Source of the DNA: Promethearchaeota archaeon
Lineage (GTDB): Archaea; Asgardarchaeota; Lokiarchaeia; Sigyniarchaeales; SOKP01
Length of the DNA: 22,138 nt
Direction of reading: 5' to 3'
Assembly: GCA_019058365.1 (NCBI GenBank)
Contig: JAHPZE010000048.1
Coordinates: 1 to 22,138 of the forward strand
The notes under the pieces were generated by a model that saw only the letters and a list, made by a program, of their open reading frames with translations, was not told where the DNA came from and made no database searches. The translations under genes and the position numbers were made by a program. Shown piece by piece: positions 1 through 8,189 of the stretch (within the stretch, counting starts at the first letter, position 1; each line of letters opens with the position of its first letter).

Positions 1-77
1 AATAAAAAAAATAAAAAATTAAAGATAAATAAATACTTCATTAGATACTGAATAAAAAGAAAATAATTTTAGAAGGT
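1..77 (-). terminator. Putative oligo-T terminator region of the CoA ligase gene
   Basis: Long A runs on the + strand, which are T tracts on the coding strand downstream of the stop at 78. Confidence 0.35.
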
Positions 78-1787
78 TTATTTTGATTCTTCTTCTCGTA
101 GTGCCTTTTTTAAAACTTTTCCAACCATCGTAAGTGGTAGTTCTTCTCGGAAATCCCAGATCTTGGGAATTTCATATTTTGAGAGATTTTCTTCTGCGAA
201 TTTTTTAATACTTGCTTTAACTTCATCAGTGGCTCCAACTCCTTCTCTAAGTTGAATAACAGCTTTCACAATCTCTGCTCCAGGTCTATCAGGATTAGGA
301 ATTCCTATTATAGCGAGAATTTGAATATCAGGATGTTTAGTCATCACTTCTTCAACATGGACACTATATACCTTGAAACCACTTACTATAAGCATGTCTT
401 TTGTACGATCTACAATCTTTAAATAGCCATCTTCATCGAAAATGCCAACATCGCCCGTGTGAACATATCCATCTTTATCAAATGTTATAGCTGTTGCTTC
501 AGGTTTATTATGATATTGTTTAACAACTGAAGGTCCTTTTATCAAGATTTCACCTGGTTGCCCAATCTCTTTTATTTCTGCTCCAGATTCTGTGTCTATT
601 AGTTTAATGTCTGTATCTGGCCATGGTAGTCCAACAGTTCCGATTTTTTTCTTACCATACATTGGGTTAGCAGTTATAACAACCGCAGTTTCAGTCATTC
701 CATAAACTTCAACAAATTTATTCTCGGTGTGGAATTGTTTTTCAAATTCCCTTATAGCTTCTGGTGGAAAGGGTGCGGCACCGCTTACATATAAAGTAAT
801 ATTATCTAATACTTCTGGTGGGATTTTTTTCGACATTGGATTATTCTGAATCATTAAAAACAGAGTCGGTACATTTCCAAAACTCGTGGGTTTTTTATCA
901 ATGATTTCTTTTATAATATGGTCAGTATCTCTAGGATTTGCTATTAATATTTGTGTTCCTCCTAGATAAACCAAAAAAAGTCCAATGAGGAATCCTGCAA
1001 CATGAAAAAAAGGAAAAGCTGAAAGAAGTAACTCTTTACCTTTCTCTCTATTGAGCCAGACATCAAATTGATGAATATTTGCCATCAAATTTGAGTGAAG
1101 GATTTCTACTCCTTTAGGTAGTCCTGTTGTGCCACCTGTATATTGTATTAAAGCCAAATCTTTTTTAGGATCAATTTGCACTTTTTTTAAATTAATTTCA
1201 GTGTTTAAGGCATCAAGAAAGGGAACCACATTTTTTCCTGGCCATGGAATTATTTTTCCCTTAGGGATCTTTTTTATTAATTTACCCATGAAAACTTTAA
1301 AACCCCCGAAACCCATAAATTCTGATATATTTGTTGGAACTATTACTTTTAAGTCATTTAAGCGATCATAAATCTTGTAAAAGACTTTTTCATGAAGAAT
1401 ATCCATAGTAACTAAAAATTTAGCACCTGAGTCCTTCATTTGATATACCATTTCTTCTGGGCTCAATAATGGTGATAATCCTGTAATAGTACCTCCAGCT
1501 ATATATGTGGAGTAAACAGAAAACAAGTATTGAGGAGAATTAGGAAGACAAATTGCTAGTACATCGCCCTTATTTAAACCATTTCTCTGCAAGAAGGTAG
1601 CAAATCTCTGGCAATATTCTAATATCTCTTTGAAAAGAAATGTGCGGTCCATGAAATGAAAACCTATATTTTCACCATATTTAGTCATGCTTTGGGTTAG
1701 CATTGATCCAATATCTTCTGTTGGATATGTTAAAGACGCTGGAACATGTTTATCATAAGATTTTAACCAAAATTTTTCTTTACTCAT
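78..1787 (-). CDS. Long-chain fatty acid--CoA ligase (ANL/AMP-binding superfamily, FadD/LcfA-like)
   Basis: 569 aa ORF with the adenylate-forming motifs YTGGTTGLPKG, VYGMTE, HTGDVG and IVDRTKDM, plus the C-terminal catalytic Lys in LTMVGKVLKK. Confidence 0.93.
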   Translation of the reverse strand: MSKEKFWLKSYDKHVPASLTYPTEDIGSMLTQSMTKYGENIGFHFMDRTFLFKEILEYCQRFATFLQRNGLNKGDVLAICLPNSPQYLFSVYSTYIAGGTITGLSPLLSPEEMVYQMKDSGAKFLVTMDILHEKVFYKIYDRLNDLKVIVPTNISEFMGFGGFKVFMGKLIKKIPKGKIIPWPGKNVVPFLDALNTEINLKKVQIDPKKDLALIQYTGGTTGLPKGVEILHSNLMANIHQFDVWLNREKGKELLLSAFPFFHVAGFLIGLFLVYLGGTQILIANPRDTDHIIKEIIDKKPTSFGNVPTLFLMIQNNPMSKKIPPEVLDNITLYVSGAAPFPPEAIREFEKQFHTENKFVEVYGMTETAVVITANPMYGKKKIGTVGLPWPDTDIKLIDTESGAEIKEIGQPGEILIKGPSVVKQYHNKPEATAITFDKDGYVHTGDVGIFDEDGYLKIVDRTKDMLIVSGFKVYSVHVEEVMTKHPDIQILAIIGIPNPDRPGAEIVKAVIQLREGVGATDEVKASIKKFAEENLSKYEIPKIWDFREELPLTMVGKVLKKALREEESK

Positions 1788-2041
1788 TTGTTAACTCATC
1801 TACATTGACATTTTTGTAATATCTTTTTTATATTATTGAAATTAATTATTTACTATCTTTGTGAAAGTTTATAAAATTTGACATTTTTTTTTGAAGATTA
1901 TTGATTTATATCTTTTTAAATAATAAAATGAAAGTTACGTCAATTTTTTCGGAGATCTTGCATTATAATCTATGACAATGTGATTATAATTAAAATAGAA
2001 AGCTTAGAAGGTATTAAATTAAAGAAATAAAAAAAAGTATT

Positions 2042-3322
2042 TTAAAGTAATTTAAATATTTGTCTTAAGGTTAAACTCATTATATATTGTTGAATTTGTC
2101 TTGTACCGCCCCCAATTTCCTGTATTCTGGTTATACCGATTAAATCTTGCATTAATGTATTATCACATACACCTGCTCCACCCATGAGATTCGCACATTC
2201 GTATGCTGCTTTTTGACTCAATTTAGCACTTATTGATTTTAGTTGAGCTGCTGTAGCCATTAAAGCTAAACTAAATTCTTTAGGAAGGGCTCCATATTGT
2301 TTCACTTTTTTATCTACCATTTGACATACATTTAAGGTGGATAATGTAAGATTCATTGTCTCTGCCCATAAATCTGCTAAAGGAAATCCAACCCCTTGAT
2401 ATTTTAAAATTTCTTGATCAAATTGCTTTCTCAAGTTAGCATATATAACAGCATGAGTTATAGCATTCCAAGCTTCTGCTGCGTTTAAAATGACAATTCC
2501 TAATCGTTCCAAATTTAAACCTTCAAAAAGATGTTCTCTCCCTTGACCTGGTTTGCCTATTACATATTCTGGAGGAATTCTTAAATTTGTGAATGTTTCT
2601 TTACCGATATAAATTCGTGGAGTCCATGGAATATTAATTCTTTCCACTTTCCAACCTTCCCAACTTGTATCAACTAAAAATTGTCCCATCGTATTTCCGC
2701 TATTTTGTTCAGACACAGCATAAACTACTGCCCAATCTGCCTTAGGTCCATTGGTTTGATAAATTTTTTCACCATTTAAGATAAAACTTCCATCTTCTTG
2801 TCGTTCGCATGTAGTTAGCATATGAACTGCATCAGAACCTCTTTCAGGTTCAGTGATACAAATACACCCATTTTTCTGCCCAGTAACTAGCTCTTTTAAT
2901 ACCTTTAATCGAATCTCTACATCCTCATGATGCACCAATAGAGGATTGACGGCTAAGACATTAGCTCCCATCCCCATTGCAAGTTGTGGGTCAAAGAAAT
3001 CGGTTGCTAAAGTTCTCATAAATTCAGCTGTTAATCCATATGGTTCATAATTCAAATCAAGAAATTCGAAATTATTTAATCGTGTAACCAGACCCTCTTT
3101 ACCAATTTCAGGAATCCACTCATAAAAATCTTCATTATGAGTGATATTATTTTTCTTTTCAAAGCCAATAAAGAACTTTTGAGCTTTCTTAAGAAAATCT
3201 AAATGTTCTTTTTCCAAAAAAGACATTAAGTTAAAATTCAAGAACTTATACCGATTCTTTAAAGAAAGCTTTTCAAGTATCTCATCATTAATGCATTGTA
3301 CTTCTCCTTTTTTTATTGTCAT
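2042..3322 (-). CDS. Acyl-CoA dehydrogenase family protein (IVD/LCAD-type position of the catalytic Glu)
   Basis: Motifs CITEPERGSDA, LNGEKIYQTNG, RKQFDQ, LMGGAG and EIGGGTRQIQ; Glu in GLNLERL. Confidence 0.92.
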   Translation of the reverse strand: MTIKKGEVQCINDEILEKLSLKNRYKFLNFNLMSFLEKEHLDFLKKAQKFFIGFEKKNNITHNEDFYEWIPEIGKEGLVTRLNNFEFLDLNYEPYGLTAEFMRTLATDFFDPQLAMGMGANVLAVNPLLVHHEDVEIRLKVLKELVTGQKNGCICITEPERGSDAVHMLTTCERQEDGSFILNGEKIYQTNGPKADWAVVYAVSEQNSGNTMGQFLVDTSWEGWKVERINIPWTPRIYIGKETFTNLRIPPEYVIGKPGQGREHLFEGLNLERLGIVILNAAEAWNAITHAVIYANLRKQFDQEILKYQGVGFPLADLWAETMNLTLSTLNVCQMVDKKVKQYGALPKEFSLALMATAAQLKSISAKLSQKAAYECANLMGGAGVCDNTLMQDLIGITRIQEIGGGTRQIQQYIMSLTLRQIFKLL

Positions 3323-3504
3323 TTAAGTCAACTCTTAAAATATAAATTATTTTCTATTAGTGGTAATATTGACCATTTCTCTTAAAATTATTTAATAAAT
3401 CTATATAAAGTAAAGACAAGGAATTAGAAGTATTTAAAATTATAAATACTACTCATTATAATATTAATCATTATAAAATTTACAAATAATTTAGGATTAA
3501 TAAT

Positions 3505-3966
3505 ATGACTGAAAAAATTGTTGTTGCAAATAAAGGATTAATAAAAGCTGATTTTGCTTTTTGGGTTGGACGTTATATGGATAAATTATTTGATGCTTTT
3601 GAAAATGAGAAAATAGTTGGAAATAAATGCCCTAAATGTGGAGATGTTTTTGTTCCGCCGAGAAAAATATGTGGAAAATGCAATGTTACGATCCCTTTTG
3701 ATCAGAACTGGGTAAATTTACCAAATACTGGTACATTAAAGAATTATACTATAACTTATTATAAAATCAACGATAGAACTAGTCGAAAAGTCAAAAAACC
3801 TCAAATTATTGGAATGGTGCAAATTGATGGAAGCAATACATCAATAATTTACCGTTTATTAAATATGGAACCGGAAGAAGTGAAAGTGGGAATGAAACTT
3901 AAAATTATATGGGAAGAAAAAACTACGGGAGCCCCTTCAGATATCAAGGGTTTCGTGAAATTTTAA
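3505..3966 (+). CDS. DUF35-family Zn-ribbon/OB-fold protein (ChsH2-like thiolase/aldolase partner)
   Basis: CPKC-x10-CGKC rubredoxin-like ribbon (VFVPPRKIC) followed by an OB-fold ending VKVGMKLKIIW; lies directly upstream of thiolase-like genes. Confidence 0.9.
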   Translation: MTEKIVVANKGLIKADFAFWVGRYMDKLFDAFENEKIVGNKCPKCGDVFVPPRKICGKCNVTIPFDQNWVNLPNTGTLKNYTITYYKINDRTSRKVKKPQIIGMVQIDGSNTSIIYRLLNMEPEEVKVGMKLKIIWEEKTTGAPSDIKGFVKF

Positions 3967-3969
3967 GAG

Positions 3970-5124
3970 GTGATAAATGAGGTGCAAAAAGTAGGTATTG
4001 TAGGATATTATCAGGTAAAATTATATTCAGATGCAAATTATGGGCGTTATGAAATGATCTTTGAAGCTGTTAGAGGAGCTCTTGATAAAGCGGGATTAAA
4101 GAAAAAAGATATAACTACAGTAATATCTTGTACAAATGATTACTATGATGGAAGAACTATTTCTAATGCTTTTGCTGTAGAAGCAGGTGGTGCATACTTA
4201 GCAGATGAGTCGAAAGTAGAGATGGATGGAGCACACGCGTTATTATATGGTATGATGAGAATTTTATCTGGAAATCATAAATTAGCAGTAATATGGGCGG
4301 GAAGTATGGCATCATGTTTTCCCTATCATTCAGCTAGATTGTTTGAGACTGATCCAACATGGGAAAGACCTACTGCTTATGTTAATGATATTACAGCTTT
4401 AGGATTTCAAATGAGAGCTTATATGAACAAATTTGGAGTTAGTGCTGAAGAGATTGCCGGAGTCGCTGTTAAGAATAGGAAAAATGCTTCAAAAAATCCT
4501 TTAGCATTAAAAGAAGCCCAAAATCCAAATTTAACTATTAAGGATGTTTTAAATTCTGAAATTTATGCTGATCCCGTAAGAGAATTAATGGTGGCACAAC
4601 CATGTGATGGTATTGCGGCATTACTATTAGCTCCTGAGAAACAAGCCTTAAAAATCACAGATAAACCTGTTTGGATTACCGGAGTTGGATATAATCAAGA
4701 TGCATATTATCTTGGTGATAGAAATTTAGCAGAATCCAAATCAATGGAACTAGCTAGCAAAATGGCATACAAAACTGCTGGAATTAAAGATCCATTAAAA
4801 GAAATTGATATTGCAGAAATATTTGAATCAGCTGCTCATGAGGAGTTAATTTTAAAAGAAGCTCTTGGACTTACTGATAAAGGAGAAGGACCAAGCTTAA
4901 ATTCTGAAATTAATGGTGAGTTTCCAATTAATCCTTCTGGTGGAGCCATTGGGGGTAATCCTCCTTGTGGGACGGGATTAATTAGGATTATAGAAGCTAC
5001 TAAACAAATTAGAGGAGAGGCAAATGGATATCAAGTCAAAAATGTAAATAAAGCTATTGCATCTGGGCAGATTGGTATGTGTGCTCAAAATAATATTATA
5101 TATATATTGGAGGGAGGAAATTAA
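3970..5124 (+). CDS. Thiolase-fold (SCP-x type) protein, Ltp4-like, lacking canonical thiolase catalytic residues; true start probably GTG at 3982
   Basis: Thiolase-fold motifs VAVKNRKNASKNP, PCDGIAALLL and INPSGG. ESKVEMDGAHAL sits where the Cys loop should be, as I recall for Ltp4 (ESHVEMD). GNPPCGTG replaces GHP. GAGGTGA at 3967-3973 is positioned as an SD for the GTG at 3982. Confidence 0.85.
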   Translation: MINEVQKVGIVGYYQVKLYSDANYGRYEMIFEAVRGALDKAGLKKKDITTVISCTNDYYDGRTISNAFAVEAGGAYLADESKVEMDGAHALLYGMMRILSGNHKLAVIWAGSMASCFPYHSARLFETDPTWERPTAYVNDITALGFQMRAYMNKFGVSAEEIAGVAVKNRKNASKNPLALKEAQNPNLTIKDVLNSEIYADPVRELMVAQPCDGIAALLLAPEKQALKITDKPVWITGVGYNQDAYYLGDRNLAESKSMELASKMAYKTAGIKDPLKEIDIAEIFESAAHEELILKEALGLTDKGEGPSLNSEINGEFPINPSGGAIGGNPPCGTGLIRIIEATKQIRGEANGYQVKNVNKAIASGQIGMCAQNNIIYILEGGN

Positions 5125-5126
5125 AA

Positions 5127-6374
5127 ATGGGAAGACAAGTTTGTATTGCTAGTGCTGGATTCAGTGAGCATGCTTCAAAAAGATCTGATGTGAGCATGCC
5201 AGAATTAGTGAGTGAAGCTATTGAAGATTGTTTGAAAAAAGTTCCAAGCGTCAGTATTAATGACATTGATGCTTTTGTTAATGGTAATATGCCTGCTTTT
5301 GAAGGTGCTAATATCCCAGAATTATGGATGACCGATTGGATGGGAGCACGTAACAAACCATTAATGAGAATTACTACTGGGGGAACAACGGGAGGATCAA
5401 TCGCTATTGGTGGATATTATACTATAGCTGCGGGATTGCCTGGTATTGATACAATTTTAGCTATAGGGTTTGAGCAACAATCCCAAGGAGACACTAGCAC
5501 AGGTTTAGCATCTGTAGCATATGGAGAAATTTCAGTTCTAAATACTTTAGGTGTTACCTATGACCAATTAACTCAATTATTATCTGCTGGGGCAGCAATA
5601 GGAGTTGCTTCTTATCAAGCGACAAACTATATGCGTAGAAGTAAGATTACGGAAGAAGATCTTGCTAGAGTTGTGGTACAAAATAGACATAATGCTGCTA
5701 AAACATGGTGGGCTCACTTAAAGATGCCAGATCTAACAATAGAAGATGTGTTAGAAACGCCATATATTTCATATCCTTTAAGATATGGTATGGTATGCCC
5801 AGCTTCCGATGGAGCGTGTGCTATGTTATTTACCACTGAACAAAAGGCTAAAGATTTATGTGATATACCAGTTTATGTTAATGGAGTTGGCAGTGTAGCT
5901 AATGAAACAGGAGTACTTGGATATAATGGTAGTGGAGCTGGTCAATTAGATACTTCTGAACAATTAGGTGCAATGAAAACAGCAGAGCTAGCATTTGGTC
6001 AAGCGGGTATTTCTTTTCCAAGAAAGGAAATCGACTATGCTGAGGTCTACTCTCCTTTTCCAAATCAAGAACTTATGTGGATTGAAAGATTAGGTTTATT
6101 CGAGGAAAATACTGCTTCAGAAATGTATGAAACTGGTGTTACAGCTCTAAATGGAGAATTACCAATAAATTGTTCTGGTGGGGTTAATTCGACTAACGCT
6201 ATTGGAGCATCAGCTATGGAAAGACCCGCGGTTGCAGCACTTCAAATAATGGGTAAAGCAAGTAATCAAGTACCAAAAACAGTACATGCAGCAATTGGAC
6301 ATGGATGGGGTGGCGTTATAAATTTAATTACAATGATGGTGATGTCAGATAAGCCAACAAGGAAAATTAATTAA
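5127..6374 (+). CDS. Thiolase-fold protein, Ltp3-like putative acyl-CoA retro-aldolase
   Basis: RITTGGTTGGS (no nucleophilic Cys), CPASDGACAM, AEVYSPF (Tyr in place of HDAF), SGGVNSTNAIGASAM and HGWGG. The pattern matches Ltp3-type proteins as recalled (AEIYxPF, SNPIGASG, HAYGG). Confidence 0.85.
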   Translation: MGRQVCIASAGFSEHASKRSDVSMPELVSEAIEDCLKKVPSVSINDIDAFVNGNMPAFEGANIPELWMTDWMGARNKPLMRITTGGTTGGSIAIGGYYTIAAGLPGIDTILAIGFEQQSQGDTSTGLASVAYGEISVLNTLGVTYDQLTQLLSAGAAIGVASYQATNYMRRSKITEEDLARVVVQNRHNAAKTWWAHLKMPDLTIEDVLETPYISYPLRYGMVCPASDGACAMLFTTEQKAKDLCDIPVYVNGVGSVANETGVLGYNGSGAGQLDTSEQLGAMKTAELAFGQAGISFPRKEIDYAEVYSPFPNQELMWIERLGLFEENTASEMYETGVTALNGELPINCSGGVNSTNAIGASAMERPAVAALQIMGKASNQVPKTVHAAIGHGWGGVINLITMMVMSDKPTRKIN

Positions 6375-6393
6375 AATCTTGAGGTAATAAAAA

Positions 6394-6924
6394 ATGTCAA
6401 AAAGAACACAAAGAAAATCGATGGAATATATTAAAAAAGATTATGTTAGAACTCGAACCACGCCTGGTAGCTGGTACCTTTCCAGTTATAGATATAAGTT
6501 TAATGTTACTCACTTTAAACCGTTTCAAGACAAATTGAAGGAGAAAAAGTTAGTAGGTTTACAGTGCTCGAGTTGTAATCGTGTTTTCTTTCCCCCTAGA
6601 ATTATCTGTGGAAAATGTATGGTAAAACCCGATCAATGGGTGGATTTACGTGAAACAGGGAGAGTTGCTACATTTACTATAACATATCTAAAGGATCCAG
6701 AAACAGGAGAAGTAGTTGAAAGACCCATTGTATTAGTACAGCAAGATGGATCAGATACAACTTTTACTGCTGAATTAAGCCCTGGTGTTAATTATAAAGA
6801 CACTTATATAGGAATGCCAGTCAAAGTTCATTGGGTGGAAGAACCTACAGGGGGATTAATGGATATTCTTTATTATGATTTAGTTGAAGATGATTCAAAA
6901 GATTTAAAATTACGTAAAGACTAA
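6394..6924 (+). CDS. DUF35-family Zn-ribbon/OB-fold protein
   Basis: CSSC-x10-CGKC (VFFPPRIIC), OB-fold ending IGMPVKVHW; SD-like GAGGT at 6381-6385. Confidence 0.9.
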   Translation: MSKRTQRKSMEYIKKDYVRTRTTPGSWYLSSYRYKFNVTHFKPFQDKLKEKKLVGLQCSSCNRVFFPPRIICGKCMVKPDQWVDLRETGRVATFTITYLKDPETGEVVERPIVLVQQDGSDTTFTAELSPGVNYKDTYIGMPVKVHWVEEPTGGLMDILYYDLVEDDSKDLKLRKD

Positions 6925-6981
6925 TTATTTTTTTCTTTTTATTTTAATTCCTTTGCCAAAATGGAAAAGGATTTAAGAGTT
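6925..6981. terminator. Putative oligo-T termination region between convergent genes
   Basis: T-rich tract (ttatttttttcttttt atttt) immediately after the 6924 stop; archaeal intrinsic termination uses oligo-T tracts. Confidence 0.4.
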
Positions 6982-8046
6982 TTATTTACTCAAAAAATTA
7001 CTTAAAACCTTACCTATTTTTTGAATAGAATACTGGATATCATCTTCATCTATTCCATAATGAGTTACAAATCTTATTTTTTCTTTACTTATGTTAAAAG
7101 ATCTAATACCTTCTTTTCCAAGCTCAGTTATTATTTTAAATATGCGTGAGTTCTTCAGAAGTTCAACAATTACAATATTGGTCTCAGGTTTATGTACTTT
7201 TATGGGTAAATCGTAGGATTCAATACCCTCAGCAAATTGTTTGGCATTTTTATGATCTTCCTCGAGTCTTTTAATCCAATTTTGTTCAAGTGCAATTAAA
7301 CCAAAGGACGCTATTATTCCCGCTTGACGCATACCTCCACCAAGCATTTTTCGATATCTCCTGGCATTTGTAATAAAATCTTTTGACCCAGCAACTATCG
7401 ATCCTACTGGACATGAGAGTCCTTTAGATAGGCAAAACATAACACTATCAACATACTTAGTGAATTCTGTAACAGGGACTTTTAGACCTACTGATGCGTT
7501 GAATATCCTTGCTCCATCTAAATGTAATTTTAAATCATTCTTTTTTGAAAAATCCCTCATATCCTTAATTCTTTCTGGTTGAATAATCACACCTCCATGA
7601 TAATTATGGGTGTTTTCTATAGAAAAGAGAGTTGTAGGTGGTTCATGTATATCTTCTTTATCACGAATTAATTTTTGGAGTTGATCAAATCTAGGAATAC
7701 CCTTAAGTGATGGGTAAGTTCTAACCATTAATCCCCCTATACGAGCAGCACTACCTACTTCATTTTTGTATATATGACTCAATTCTTCTAATAGAATCTC
7801 ATCCCCAGGTTTAGTTAGTGAGAGAAGTGAAACTAAATTTCCTTGTGTCCCAGAAGTAACAAATAATGATGCTTCTTTTCCAATAATTTTAGCCGCTTTT
7901 TCTTCCAACTCATTTACCGTTGGATCCTCTCCTTCAACATCATCTCCAATATTAGAATTTTCTAATGATCTAAGCATTTCCCACATCTCTGGAGATGGTT
8001 TGGTGACAGTATCAGAACGTAAATCGACAATTTTCAATTCAATCAA
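6982..8046 (-). CDS. ltaE: Low-specificity L-threonine aldolase (PLP-dependent)
   Basis: DLRSDTVTKP, SGTQGN, ENTHN, LHLDGARIFNA, CLSKGL (PLP Lys), RKMLGGGMRQAG and IRFVTH; TTG start. Confidence 0.93.
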   Translation of the reverse strand: MIELKIVDLRSDTVTKPSPEMWEMLRSLENSNIGDDVEGEDPTVNELEEKAAKIIGKEASLFVTSGTQGNLVSLLSLTKPGDEILLEELSHIYKNEVGSAARIGGLMVRTYPSLKGIPRFDQLQKLIRDKEDIHEPPTTLFSIENTHNYHGGVIIQPERIKDMRDFSKKNDLKLHLDGARIFNASVGLKVPVTEFTKYVDSVMFCLSKGLSCPVGSIVAGSKDFITNARRYRKMLGGGMRQAGIIASFGLIALEQNWIKRLEEDHKNAKQFAEGIESYDLPIKVHKPETNIVIVELLKNSRIFKIITELGKEGIRSFNISKEKIRFVTHYGIDEDDIQYSIQKIGKVLSNFLSK

Positions 8047-8189
8047 GACTTTATTAATAATTATTTAAGTCTCTATAAGGATTTTAAAAATAAAAAAGTA
8101 TGATAAAAAATAACACAAAAGAGAACGGGAAAAATTAAAATTTGTGAAATACTTCATCTATTGAATTTTTTAAATGCTAAGCGAATTTT

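Noticed and set aside
6982-8046. Threonine aldolase as part of the retro-aldolase operon
   Set aside because: It is convergent, uses unrelated PLP chemistry and looks like an ordinary ltaE; there is no evidence of functional linkage.
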